Shown here: piece by piece, positions 46,476-56,650 of the stretch
Position numbering within the stretch: the stretch's first letter is position 1
How the letters are laid out: every line of letters starts with the position of its first letter
Source of the DNA: Candidatus Bathyarchaeota archaeon
Lineage (GTDB): Archaea; Thermoproteota; CALKCG01; B24; DRYS01
Direction of reading: 5' to 3'
Length of the DNA: 64,000 nucleotides
NCBI GenBank assembly: GCA_018396535.1
Contig: JAGTQC010000002.1
Coordinates: forward strand, 64,001-128,000
The notes under the pieces: generated by a model
Told to the model about the DNA's origin: nothing
Databases searched by the model: none
What the model saw: the letters and a program-made list of their open reading frames with translations, nothing else
Translations under genes and position numbers: made by a program

Positions 46476-48926
46476 TCAATCTAACTCCTTCGCCCATTCA
46501 AACTTGAAAAACGGTTTCTCCGATTCACTCTTCTCCCTTATATTTCTAAGCTCCTCCAATAGTATCTTCTGTTCTATACTAGCCACGAGTAACCTAGTCT
46601 CGATAACTTTATCTGGGTTTACAGATATGCTAGTTGCACCTTCCCTAACCAGGAATTCTACCACTTCGGGATAATTAGATGGCGCCTGACCACATATACT
46701 TGTAGTAACACCATGCTTCCTACACACTCTTATAACGTGACTTAAAGCTCTCAATACGGCTAGATTTCTCTCATCGTATATCTCTTGAACTGAAGCATCA
46801 TCCCTATCTATACCTAGTATAAGCATCGTAAGATCATTAGTACCAAAGCTTACACCATCTATACCCTCTTCTATGAATTTATCTATTAGCAGAACCGTAC
46901 TGGGTACCTCAACCATTATCCATATTTTGAAGTCAGGCCCTCTTACGAGACCCTCCTCCTCCATGATCTTCTTAGCTAGACGCAACTCCTCCACTCTTCT
47001 AACGAATGGTATCATAACCCATACGTTCTTAAGCCCATATTCATCCCTAACCTTCCTTATAGCTCTGCATTCAAGCCTGAATATATCAGGTTCCTTAATA
47101 TATCTGAAAGCGCCTCTATAACCTATAAGTGGGTTAGGTCCTACATGCCCAGCTTCCTTCTCATACTTATCTCCACCAGGTAGTGCTAGAAATTCATCTG
47201 GCTTAAAGTCTAAGAATCTATAGACGACAGGTTTAGGATAGAAAGCTTGAGCCACCATCCTTATACCTTCAGCGAAAGCATCTATCATACGTTGCTCTCC
47301 ACCTTCCTCGATGAGTAACCTCGGATGTTTTCCTACACTCAACATTAAATGCTCAGCTCTTAGTAGACCTACTCCATCCGCCTGAGTTTCAGTAGCTATC
47401 TTCTCAGCTACATCTGGTATGGATATATTAACATAAATCTTCGTAGCAGTAATCGGCATAGGAGCTGCAACCATACCCATAGCTGGTACAGTAGGTGCAG
47501 CTGTAGGAGCAGCTGGAACAGGTTTAGCTAGCTCTTCTATTATACCTTCATAGATAACCCCAGTCTTAGCATCAACCGTATAGTATCCTCCGTTTACTAA
47601 AATCTGAGTTGCATTCTTAGTACCTACTATACAAGGTATACCAAGCTCCCTAGATACTATAGCTGCATGGCATGTCATACCTCCTTCATCTGTAACTATA
47701 GCTCCAGCTATCCTCATATATGGAACCCAATCTGGATTAGTCATCTTAGTGACGAGTATATCACCTTTCTCCATAACCTTAGCTGCTTCCTCATGTGTTA
47801 AAGCTATCTTAACCCTACCAGCGTATATACCTGGACTAGCTGGTAGACCTTTAAGGATTACCTTACGCTCGACTGCAACTTTAGGCTTTTCAGCTTTAAC
47901 CTCCTCCCTAGGTTTAACACTCCATACAGTTTCAGGTCTCGATTGGACTATGAATATATTCTCTGGAAATGGTAGATCCCTATCTACAGCAAACTCTATA
48001 TCTTGAGGATGGCCATAGTGATCCTCTATCTTCTTAGCAAGCATAGCTAGATACTTTACTTCTTCATCAGTTAAACTCGGAGCATTCCTCCTATCTACAG
48101 GTACTTCTAAATGAACAGTTTTACCTGTAATCGGATCTCTCACATACTCAACAGTCTTCTCCGCGATCTCCTTCTCCACTATCTCGAAAGTACTCTTATC
48201 AACTATAAAGCGATCCGGTGTTACTGCTCCAGATACTATAGCTTCTCCAAGACCCCATACAGATTCTATAACGATCTTATATTTATCACCTGTTACAGGG
48301 TGGATAGTAAACATCACACCTGCAGATCTACTATTAACCATCTTCTGAACAGCTACACTTATCAAGACCCGTTCATGCGCGAACCCCTTCTGAGTCCTGT
48401 AGAATATAGCTCGAGGAGTGAATAGACTCGACCAACATTTCTGCACATACTTAACTACCTCTTCCTCCCCTCTAACATTCAGATAGGTTTCCTGTTGCCC
48501 TGCAAAGCTTGCATCAGGTAGATCTTCTGCAGTAGCAGATGATCTAACAGCTACGAATACAGAATCTGTACCAATCTTCCTACATAACTCTCTATAACTC
48601 TCGACTATAGCACTACGTATATCTTCAGGCATTTTAACAGATTCTATCAAAGCTCTAACTCTACGAGAAGCCTCCTCATACTGGGTAGGGTCCTTCGAAT
48701 CCTTTATAGTTTCTCTAAGTATATCGTAGATCTTACTAGCTATCCCAGTCTCTTCTATGAATCTCTTATACGCGTATGCGGTGACAGCAAACCCTGGGGG
48801 TACAGGTATCCCTGCATTTATCATTTCACCTAGATTCGCATTCTTACCTCCTACCAGCCCTACATCCTTCTTATTCAGTTCCTCAAACCATAAGGTTAAA
48901 GCCGTCTCTTTACCCATATACTTCAC
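46476..48926 (-). CDS. ppsA: Phosphoenolpyruvate synthase
   Basis: VGGKNANLGE, AVRSSATAEDL, TCHAAIVSRELG phospho-His, SFGTNDL and ICGQAPS. Confidence 0.95.
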   Translation of the reverse strand: MKYMGKETALTLWFEELNKKDVGLVGGKNANLGEMINAGIPVPPGFAVTAYAYKRFIEETGIASKIYDILRETIKDSKDPTQYEEASRRVRALIESVKMPEDIRSAIVESYRELCRKIGTDSVFVAVRSSATAEDLPDASFAGQQETYLNVRGEEEVVKYVQKCWSSLFTPRAIFYRTQKGFAHERVLISVAVQKMVNSRSAGVMFTIHPVTGDKYKIVIESVWGLGEAIVSGAVTPDRFIVDKSTFEIVEKEIAEKTVEYVRDPITGKTVHLEVPVDRRNAPSLTDEEVKYLAMLAKKIEDHYGHPQDIEFAVDRDLPFPENIFIVQSRPETVWSVKPREEVKAEKPKVAVERKVILKGLPASPGIYAGRVKIALTHEEAAKVMEKGDILVTKMTNPDWVPYMRIAGAIVTDEGGMTCHAAIVSRELGIPCIVGTKNATQILVNGGYYTVDAKTGVIYEGIIEELAKPVPAAPTAAPTVPAMGMVAAPMPITATKIYVNISIPDVAEKIATETQADGVGLLRAEHLMLSVGKHPRLLIEEGGEQRMIDAFAEGIRMVAQAFYPKPVVYRFLDFKPDEFLALPGGDKYEKEAGHVGPNPLIGYRGAFRYIKEPDIFRLECRAIRKVRDEYGLKNVWVMIPFVRRVEELRLAKKIMEEEGLVRGPDFKIWIMVEVPSTVLLIDKFIEEGIDGVSFGTNDLTMLILGIDRDDASVQEIYDERNLAVLRALSHVIRVCRKHGVTTSICGQAPSNYPEVVEFLVREGATSISVNPDKVIETRLLVASIEQKILLEELRNIREKSESEKPFFKFEWAKELD

Positions 48927-49022
48927 CTATCTTACTTATTACCAAGACGTATAGTCTAAACTAAGAATAGTTATATTTTAAGATTGCTATAGGATAACTA
49001 AGCTAAAACCATGGAGCATCCT

Positions 49023-50294
49023 CTATAGATAGTCTTGAATATTCCGCTGGTATAATTCACGTCTAAGTAGATGGCTATGCTTTACCCATACCTTTAAAGG
49101 TATTTCAAGACTACTAGATATGATTGATAAAGCTTCTTCTATACTTTGACATACTATCGGCTTCTTCCTCAAAGCATTGCGTACATGCTCTCTCACATGC
49201 CATACACCTACAGGCATAATATACCCTGGATGTATTTCTCTAAGTATCAAAACCGAAGCTTGCCTCATTATAGAGTTGAGATACTCTGCAACCGCAAGTC
49301 TAGCAGCGTAGTAGCATCCACCGATGATAGCGTAATTCTTCTTACCATGATAACCTTCCCAATCTCCTTCAATAACTGGGATCCTACCATCCGGGTTCCA
49401 GACGGTTTTAGGATACCATGCTTCTATAGATTCATAGCTCCAAAAACTAGGCATCATCAATATCTTGAATCGATTATCGAGATATACAGATTCAAATAAT
49501 AGGTATGTAGAGATAGGCGGATAATGCTTAACCTTTTCTAGAATCCTTTCAGATATTATAGAATCTACAGCAGTTATACTCCATCTAGTAGGTACCAGCC
49601 TACGGTTGGATCCTATACCGAATATACCTAGACTAAAGGCTTTCTGTATAGAGCTTACCGATACACCAGATCTATATAGATCGAAAACAGCATCCGCAGC
49701 TTTGATATCCCTATCATAGTAAATCTTCTCCATACGTCTATCAACATAGATATTACCCCCAGGTATGATTCTAGATAAAGGAGCAGATATACCCAACGGC
49801 TGAACCTCGTCATCTAATACTATAGAGGCTCTAGGCTTACTAGCAAGCTTAACCTCTAGATCAACTGGTTTATAGGACATAGCTAACTCTTGAAGAGTTA
49901 CTAGAAGACTATCTGGGTTAGCAGCTGAATCGACACGCATAAGTCTTTCACCTCTTAAAAGTATACTACGAAATCTAACTATATCTTCTATAGACATACC
50001 AAACCAGTATTCAGGAGTATCTAGTATCCGTGTATCACCTTTAAACGGAGGTGTTAAAGGCCCGACATATACTTTAGGATAGCCAAACCTACCTACAAAA
50101 ACACCTGGAGGGGAGGATCCTTCAACATCGAGTTTATCGAAATACCTTACTGCCTCATACATAATGCTAGCTCTAACTATTACAGGACACCTACTCTTAC
50201 CACAAAGTAGATGCGCACCCTTACATATAACGCATAACCTACTAGATCTTTTAGTATCGATAAGCTTACTATTGATGTCTAGAAACCAGTTCAT
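49023..50294 (-). CDS. nreA: PCNA-interacting DNA repair protein NreA
   Basis: CxxCKGxxxLCGxxxCP, SPPGVFVG, RRLVPTRWSITAVD and C-terminal PIP box QRNIQDYL. Confidence 0.92.
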   Translation of the reverse strand: MNWFLDINSKLIDTKRSSRLCVICKGAHLLCGKSRCPVIVRASIMYEAVRYFDKLDVEGSSPPGVFVGRFGYPKVYVGPLTPPFKGDTRILDTPEYWFGMSIEDIVRFRSILLRGERLMRVDSAANPDSLLVTLQELAMSYKPVDLEVKLASKPRASIVLDDEVQPLGISAPLSRIIPGGNIYVDRRMEKIYYDRDIKAADAVFDLYRSGVSVSSIQKAFSLGIFGIGSNRRLVPTRWSITAVDSIISERILEKVKHYPPISTYLLFESVYLDNRFKILMMPSFWSYESIEAWYPKTVWNPDGRIPVIEGDWEGYHGKKNYAIIGGCYYAARLAVAEYLNSIMRQASVLILREIHPGYIMPVGVWHVREHVRNALRKKPIVCQSIEEALSIISSSLEIPLKVWVKHSHLLRRELYQRNIQDYL

Positions 50295-50417
50295 ACCTCA
50301 ACCTTCATGAACTACTTCGATAGAAATTATACTTTCTGCATCTTAGATATTAGTGTTTACGATACGATTATACTAATAGAAGCAGCATAAGAGGGGGAGT
50401 TTTATAAAGGTTGTGGA

Positions 50418-50441
50418 GCCGGGCGGGGGTTTTGAACCCCC
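50418..50441 (-). repeat. Direct repeat of the tRNA-Met 3' end (T-arm plus acceptor strand)
   Basis: 50418-50441 matches 50448-50471 at 22 of 24 positions. Confidence 0.85.
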
Positions 50442-50446
50442 TACAA

Positions 50447-50586
50447 TGCCGGGCGGGGGCTTCGAACCCCCGACTTCTGGTAGCCCGGTCTTAGACCCGT
50501 ATGAACGGCTATCTCCAGATTATGAGTCTCACCCTAACCCCATATGGATAGGGGTCTGGCGCTCTAACCAGCTGAGCTAGCCCGGC
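50447..50586 (-). tRNA. tRNA-Met(CAT), elongator type, with two non-canonical introns (30/31 and 45/46)
   Basis: Removing 50555-50528 (28 nt) and 50512-50475 (38 nt) gives GCCGGGC TA GCTC AGCTGGTTA GAGC G CCAGA CTCATAA TCTGG AGGTC GGGGG TTCGAAG CCCCC GCCCGGC A. Confidence 0.88.
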
Positions 50587-50792
50587 ATTCACAGATATTT
50601 TTAGGGTTTTAGGAAGTATTAAGTTTTAACTTTATATACGGGTATAGAATCCTCCGTGAGATGTGTATGTTTCACTTATACTACGGTATATAGTGAATAA
50701 TATATATACCTCTACGTTGATTATATGAGTACTACTTAGTAAATGTATATATCTACCTGAGTATTCTTTATAGGCTGAGGTTCATATACTCT

Positions 50793-51968
50793 ATGAAGGA
50801 GTTTAATAGAGACTACCTAGAATTCGAGCTGGATCCTAGGAATATTGTGATAGTCGATTCTACACTTAGAGAGGGTGAGCAAGCAGCTGGTGTCGCTTTA
50901 ACCTTAGATGAGAAGCTACGTATAGCTAGCTACGATGATGAGATAGGGGTAGACTATGTGGAAGTATTCACAGAATATGGCGATAGGGAAAGGGTACTTC
51001 TAGAAAGTATTAGACAGCTAGAATTTAGGAATTCTAAAATCCAGGTTTGGAATAGGCTCAGAAAAAGCGATATAGATCTATGTTTGAAGTATGATTTCGA
51101 GTGGGTATCGATAACAGCCGGGTTCTCTGATATACATCTTAAGAGTAAATTTAGAGCTAGCTTTGATGATCTTCTACAATCTTGTCTAGAACTTATCTCG
51201 TACTGTAAGGAGCATGGATTAAAAGTATCGCTCCACCTAGAGGATTCTACTAGAACACCCATCGATAGGCTGATTAAGATACTATCAGAGGTAGATGATG
51301 TGGATAGGATTAGGGATTGCGATACCGTTAGTGTACTAATACCTATAGCTGCATACAATAGGATGAAGCTGCTAGTTGATAACGCTAGAGGTATACCTAT
51401 AGAAGTCCATTACCATAACGATAGGGGGTTAGCTTTAGCGAACTCTATCTCAGCTGTAATGGCGGGGGCATCATCTATATCGGCTACATGGAACGGGCTA
51501 GGTGATAAGGCTGGAAATGCTGCATTAGATGAGGTGATCCTCCTAATATACGAACTTTATGGTATCGATAGATTCGACTTATCTAAAGCTGTGGAGGCTA
51601 GTCTATACGTAGCAGAAGCTTCCCGTATCCCTATATATAGGTTTAAACCCGTATCCGGATACGATGTATTTTCCGTACAATCTGGGATACATCAGGATGG
51701 TATATTGAAGAATCCCGAGATTTACCAGCCCTACCCACCTAAACTTGTAGGTAGAGAATGGCGTATAGTTCTAGGTGTAACATCGGGTACACATGGGTTA
51801 TCATACCTCCTAGCTAGTAGAGGATATAAACTTCCAGATGATGAAAGAAAAGTTAGAGAGATATTAGCGTATGCTAAAAGTATAGCTGAAAGTAAGAAGG
51901 GATACCTAGATGAGGATGACCTGGATAATCTAGCTAGAAGGTTTAATCTTGAAAATTTAACAAGATAG
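50793..51968 (+). CDS. Homocitrate/isopropylmalate synthase family (DRE-TIM), without regulatory domain
   Basis: DSTLREGEQ, HYHNDRGLA, GLGDKAGNA and SGIHQDG. Confidence 0.88.
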   Translation: MKEFNRDYLEFELDPRNIVIVDSTLREGEQAAGVALTLDEKLRIASYDDEIGVDYVEVFTEYGDRERVLLESIRQLEFRNSKIQVWNRLRKSDIDLCLKYDFEWVSITAGFSDIHLKSKFRASFDDLLQSCLELISYCKEHGLKVSLHLEDSTRTPIDRLIKILSEVDDVDRIRDCDTVSVLIPIAAYNRMKLLVDNARGIPIEVHYHNDRGLALANSISAVMAGASSISATWNGLGDKAGNAALDEVILLIYELYGIDRFDLSKAVEASLYVAEASRIPIYRFKPVSGYDVFSVQSGIHQDGILKNPEIYQPYPPKLVGREWRIVLGVTSGTHGLSYLLASRGYKLPDDERKVREILAYAKSIAESKKGYLDEDDLDNLARRFNLENLTR

Positions 51969-51987
51969 CATAGACTATATAATTGAT

Positions 51988-52479
51988 CTAGCTAGATTTG
52001 GCCATCTTTATAAATCTCCAGATGCGATCACCTATATAATGTATAGTTTCGATAGCCCTACCTCTACCCATAGACTTAATCACCTCGCTATCCTTCAAAG
52101 CTTTACCTAAAGCTATGGTTTTAGAATACTTCTCATCGCAGATAGCTACTATACCACCTTCACCGAATACTCCTTCAATCCTAACTATACCTGGAGCCAT
52201 AACATCTGCGCCATTACATATATGAGGAATCGCTCCTCGATCGACAAATACCTTCGGTAGCATGTTTATAACCTCACCGAATAATAATGTAGGATACACC
52301 TCATCGCCTATCTTGAATACGACTGGCTCCCCATCCAGAATGTATAGGGTGAAATCGTCGGAATCGACAACTTCACATCTATCCGGTCTTATATCTAGAT
52401 TAAGGTTTAAGCTAGCTTTCAGCTTCTCTAATACTATGCTAGCCTCCCTACGTCTAATATCCCTACGTTTCAAACGCAT
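51988..52479 (-). CDS. PUA-domain RNA-binding protein (DUF1947/MCT-1-like)
   Basis: YPTL, VDRGAI, NGADVMAPGI and HYIGD. Confidence 0.9.
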   Translation of the reverse strand: MRLKRRDIRRREASIVLEKLKASLNLNLDIRPDRCEVVDSDDFTLYILDGEPVVFKIGDEVYPTLLFGEVINMLPKVFVDRGAIPHICNGADVMAPGIVRIEGVFGEGGIVAICDEKYSKTIALGKALKDSEVIKSMGRGRAIETIHYIGDRIWRFIKMAKSS

Positions 52480-52602
52480 ACAGCTAGTATTAGGTGAGAA
52501 GGAGATTTAATAACCTTAATATCCTAGGGGTAAAGCTGGCATAGCCTATCAGAGAGGGAAAAGTTTTAAAAGGGATATCTATCTGCTTCTAGAGTAGGGA
52601 TC

Positions 52603-52830
52603 ATGAGTGAGATAACATTTACGGTATTAGAGGAGAGTCTTGGTAGGATAGTGCTCGTTAAGCTTAAAGGAGGCAAGACGTTAAGGGGGCTGCTTGAAGG
52701 ATACGATAAACATCTAAACCTAGTTCTATCTAAGACTGAAGATGTAACTGATGGAAATGAAGGAGTAAAGCTAGGGAATGTTATAATAAGAGGGGATAAC
52801 GTTATACTGATATCGCCTGTAGGAGGCTAG
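52603..52830 (+). CDS. Sm-like archaeal protein (SmAP/Lsm)
   Basis: GYDKHLNLVL and IIRGDNV; adjacent to rpl37e. Confidence 0.94.
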   Translation: MSEITFTVLEESLGRIVLVKLKGGKTLRGLLEGYDKHLNLVLSKTEDVTDGNEGVKLGNVIIRGDNVILISPVGG

Positions 52831-52835
52831 GGTTT

Positions 52836-53024
52836 ATGGTTAAAGGAACAGCTTCTATGGGTAAGTATGGTGGGGAGACGCTCCATATAAGATGCCGGAG
52901 ATGTGGGAGAAGATCCTATAACGTTAAGAAGAAGAGGTGTGCAGCATGCCATTACGGAGAATCCTCTAGGATAGCGAAATATTCTTGGAAGAATAGGAAG
53001 GTTAATAGGGAGAGGATTAAGTAG
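52836..53024 (+). CDS. rpl37e: 50S ribosomal protein eL37
   Basis: KGTAS, HIRCRRCG and CAAC. Confidence 0.95.
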   Translation: MVKGTASMGKYGGETLHIRCRRCGRRSYNVKKKRCAACHYGESSRIAKYSWKNRKVNRERIK

Positions 53025-53091
53025 TAAGCGGGTTAAAACTGGTTAAAGTTTAAAAGCTTCGATCCCTAACAGAGATAGCCTAGTTATAGAT

Positions 53092-53166
53092 GGGCCGGTA
53101 GATCAGACTGGTATGATCGCCCCCTTGGCGCGGGGGAGGTCGAGGGTTCAAATCCCTCCCGGTCCA
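53092..53166 (+). tRNA. tRNA-Ala(GGC)
   Basis: Complete cloverleaf, anticodon loop TTGGCGC, G3:U70 pair, no intron. TTTAAAA box at about 53048. Confidence 0.95.
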
Positions 53167-53380
53167 CTATCCAACCCCTTACTCCTAGAGTATGTATCCT
53201 AAGGGTTATGTGTATCTGGATCCCCCCTATCGATTATCCATAGTTTTTATCCATGATTTCTCCATAGATGTGGCGTTTATGATGGAGGATTGTTTAGCGA
53301 TCTAAGCATTCTAGGAGGAAGGGATCCTACCTACTATCTTAATATTTTTAGGTTTGATCCTAGTATATCTCGATTGATTT

Positions 53381-55129
53381 ATGGAGTCTATGTATAGGGA
53401 TTACCCGGTAATTCTAGAAGATGTCTCATTTACCTATGAGGGATCTGATAAACCTGCGTTAAAGGATATAGATTTAAGGATTAGGAGGGGGGAGGTTACA
53501 GCTATACTTGGTAGAACAGGATCTGGGAAGACTACTCTGATATACGTTATGGGTGGGGTTATCCCGAACTATGTTAAAGGTAGGCTTAGAGGATGCATCC
53601 TAGTCGAAGGTTTAGATACTAGGGAGCATCCACTCTACGAGCTAGCTATGCATATAGGTGTAGTTATGGATGATCCTGAAGCACATATAGTCTCCTTCAC
53701 GGTATGGGAGGATGCAGCCTTCGGTCCATCAAACCTAGGTCTACCTAAAGATGAAGTTATGAAGAGAATCGAATTCGCTCTAGATGCAACGAGGCTGGGA
53801 GCTCTAAGATATAGGAATCCATACAACCTATCAGGAGGTGAGAAGCAGAGCTTAGCTATAGCTGGAGTCCTATCCATGATGCCTAACATTATAGCTCTAG
53901 ATGAACCAACCTCCATGCTCGATCCACTAGGTAGTATGAGAGTCCTATCCATCCTAAAGGATTTGAATAAAAGGTATGGCATAACGATAATCCTATCAAG
54001 CTTCGATGCTGAGGAAGCTGTAGAGCTTGCAGATAGGATCATAGTATTAGATAAAGGCGAGGTAGTTATGGATGGAGATACTAGAGATATACTACAAGAA
54101 GCGGATATACTCGAAAAAATCGGTATACGCATACCAGATGTTTCTAAGCTTACGATGAAGCTCAAGATGGATAACCTATGGAGCGGAGATATAGCTATAA
54201 ATATAGACGAAGCATTCAAACGTATAGTAGATATACTCAGAGATAGACGAGAAACCCCACCCAGACCTAACCCATACAAAGAAATCGAGAAGCCTAGAGA
54301 ACCCATAGTAAAGGTTAGAAGATTATCGCATACATATCCGGGAGGTGTTAAAGCTCTACAAGATATAAACCTAGATATCTATAACGGAGAATTCGTAGCT
54401 TTAATAGGGCAGAACGGATCTGGAAAAACAACTCTTGCAAAATACCTATGCGGATTACTTAAGCCTAGAGATAGATATACAGAGATAATAGTTGATGGCC
54501 TAGATCTAAGGAATGCTAGGATGAAGGATATAGTTAAGAAGATAGGCTACGTCTTCCAGATACCTGAACAACAGCTATTCTTCACAACTGTTAAAGAAGA
54601 GATAGGATTCGGCCTCAGGAATCTCGGACTCCCAGAAGATTATATAGAGGATAGAGTCGAAGAGATAATGAGAATCCTAGAACTAGAAGCTTATAGAGAT
54701 AGCGTTACATCATCACTCGATAGAGGGAGGAAGTTTCGTGTAGTACTAGGATCAGTCATAGCTATGGATCCGAAGATTATAGTAGTCGATGAACCTACCA
54801 CAGGTCAGGATTGGATAGAATCCACGTATATATGCAGACTCCTAGATGATCTAAGAAGGAGAGGAAAAACCATAATCATGATCACACACGAGATGGAGCT
54901 GGTCGCTAGATTCGCTACCAGAGTTATAGTTATGCGTGAAGGTAGAGTAATCCTAGACGGCACTCCTAGATACGTATTCTCCAAACCAGAGATACTAAGA
55001 TCCACATGGGTTCAACCCCCACAGATAACGAGGCTAAGCCAGATGCTATCTGAATACGGTATACCAGGGGATACCCTATCCATAGAGGAGATGTACAGCT
55101 ATATAGTACACATGCTGAGGGGGGTGTAG
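53381..55129 (+). CDS. ECF transporter duplicated ATPase (EcfA-A' fusion)
   Basis: Two ABC domains: GRTGSGKT/LSGGEKQ/LDEPT and GQNGSGKT/LDRG/VDEPTTGQD. Confidence 0.92.
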   Translation: MESMYRDYPVILEDVSFTYEGSDKPALKDIDLRIRRGEVTAILGRTGSGKTTLIYVMGGVIPNYVKGRLRGCILVEGLDTREHPLYELAMHIGVVMDDPEAHIVSFTVWEDAAFGPSNLGLPKDEVMKRIEFALDATRLGALRYRNPYNLSGGEKQSLAIAGVLSMMPNIIALDEPTSMLDPLGSMRVLSILKDLNKRYGITIILSSFDAEEAVELADRIIVLDKGEVVMDGDTRDILQEADILEKIGIRIPDVSKLTMKLKMDNLWSGDIAINIDEAFKRIVDILRDRRETPPRPNPYKEIEKPREPIVKVRRLSHTYPGGVKALQDINLDIYNGEFVALIGQNGSGKTTLAKYLCGLLKPRDRYTEIIVDGLDLRNARMKDIVKKIGYVFQIPEQQLFFTTVKEEIGFGLRNLGLPEDYIEDRVEEIMRILELEAYRDSVTSSLDRGRKFRVVLGSVIAMDPKIIVVDEPTTGQDWIESTYICRLLDDLRRRGKTIIMITHEMELVARFATRVIVMREGRVILDGTPRYVFSKPEILRSTWVQPPQITRLSQMLSEYGIPGDTLSIEEMYSYIVHMLRGV

Positions 55130-55966
55130 ATGGTACTACTCGAGTATGAAGCTAAGGATACAGTTATACATAGATTAAACCCTATAGCGAAAGCCGTATG
55201 GTTCGCATGCTGCACGATACTATCCACACTATACCTAGAACCACAACCTCTAATAATACTAGCAGCCCAGATAGCTATGATAGGATACCTATCTAAGGTG
55301 CCATGGAGTAAACTAATCTCCAGAGCCTGGTGGGCATATATAGGTTCACTACTCGGAGGATACACCGTATCGCTTTGGATAACAAGCCCAGAACAGCTTT
55401 GGAGAATACCGCCAGAGTATGGATGTAAAGTCCTACTAGAAGTTACACCTAAAGGAACACCTATCATAGGATACACAGCTATAACATATGCTGGCCTACT
55501 ATGGGGTACAACAGTCACCATGAAGATAGCTTTAGCCGTAACAGCCGCATGCATACTAACCTATACAACACCGATATCCGATATAGTATCCATATTAGGG
55601 AGGATACTACCCTACAAAGCCTCATTCATAGTGATGACAGGTGTAAGATTCTATCCAGTCCTACTAGAGAGGATACAGGGAATAGTAGATGCAGCTAGAT
55701 CTAGAGGATGGGAATCCTCCTATAGGAACCCGGTTAAAAAAGTTCGATCACTATACACGATAGTCTTCCCATCAATCAGGGAGGCTATACTCCTATCCGA
55801 ACGAATGAGTCTATCGATAGAATCTAGAGCTTTCGGAGTTAAGAAACCTACACCTATCAAAACCCTAGCCTTAGATAGAAGCGATATACTCTTCATAACA
55901 TTCATCTCCTCATTCACAGGTCTACTAGCCTATATGTGGAGCGTGTACGGGTTTGGAATGCTATAG
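55130..55966 (+). CDS. ecfT: ECF transporter transmembrane T component
   Basis: IHRLNP and the two conserved Arg motifs ARSRG and IESRAF. Confidence 0.9.
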   Translation: MVLLEYEAKDTVIHRLNPIAKAVWFACCTILSTLYLEPQPLIILAAQIAMIGYLSKVPWSKLISRAWWAYIGSLLGGYTVSLWITSPEQLWRIPPEYGCKVLLEVTPKGTPIIGYTAITYAGLLWGTTVTMKIALAVTAACILTYTTPISDIVSILGRILPYKASFIVMTGVRFYPVLLERIQGIVDAARSRGWESSYRNPVKKVRSLYTIVFPSIREAILLSERMSLSIESRAFGVKKPTPIKTLALDRSDILFITFISSFTGLLAYMWSVYGFGML

Positions 55967-56618
55967 AATACTCATACAGCTACTCCTACTATCACTAGCG
56001 ATAGCTACCGTACACCCCATCTACACCGAATCTAAGGATAAGCTTATCTCAATACTATGCATCGATTCGGTAGGCGAACCAGTAGTAAACGCTATCGTAA
56101 AGATAGGTAGGGAGGGCGAAATCCTATATACCGGAGTTACAAACTCCTCAGGATTCCTTCCTAAACCTATACCGAGAGGCATCTACCACATCGAGGTAGA
56201 ATCGAGAAACCGCACCATATACTCAGGTATGGTCTACGCTCAAGATGATATCGTTAAGATACTATGCGAAGTGTATAAGCTAACCATCATCGTCAACTAC
56301 CTAGACATCATACCTATAGTAAACGCGAAAATCACTATCATAGATACAGAGTATGGCAGGATAGTATATAGCGTAGATAAGCTTAGAATACCCTACGGCT
56401 TCTACATCTTCTCAGCTGAAATATCTACCAAGCTTCCTAAAGGCGTATATGAAGTAGTAGTCGAATCTCTCAATTCAGAGATTGGAAGGGTAGCCCTCAC
56501 AGATAATTCAACTATTAGATTTACAAATGTGGTATCTTTAGACTCGATATTATTTATAGCATTACTGATATCTACTATAATCTCACTAATACTATTCATC
56601 TTAACTATTAGACGATAA
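55953..56618 (+). CDS. Exported, C-terminally anchored protein with two beta-sandwich (carboxypeptidase-regulatory-like) repeats
   Basis: Signal-like N-terminus; repeats PVVNAIVKI/PIVNAKITI and PRGIY/PKGVY; C-terminal TM helix. Confidence 0.68.
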   Translation: MECYRILIQLLLLSLAIATVHPIYTESKDKLISILCIDSVGEPVVNAIVKIGREGEILYTGVTNSSGFLPKPIPRGIYHIEVESRNRTIYSGMVYAQDDIVKILCEVYKLTIIVNYLDIIPIVNAKITIIDTEYGRIVYSVDKLRIPYGFYIFSAEISTKLPKGVYEVVVESLNSEIGRVALTDNSTIRFTNVVSLDSILFIALLISTIISLILFILTIRR

Positions 56619-56650
56619 CCTTATATAACTCACATCATAAGAACTAAATC

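Noticed and set aside
53170-53380. Riboswitch upstream of the ECF operon
   Set aside because: Some complementarity (GGATCCC...GGGATCC) and TCCAT repeats are present, but no TPP, FMN or cobalamin consensus. A TATA-like box lies downstream of it, close to the ATG.
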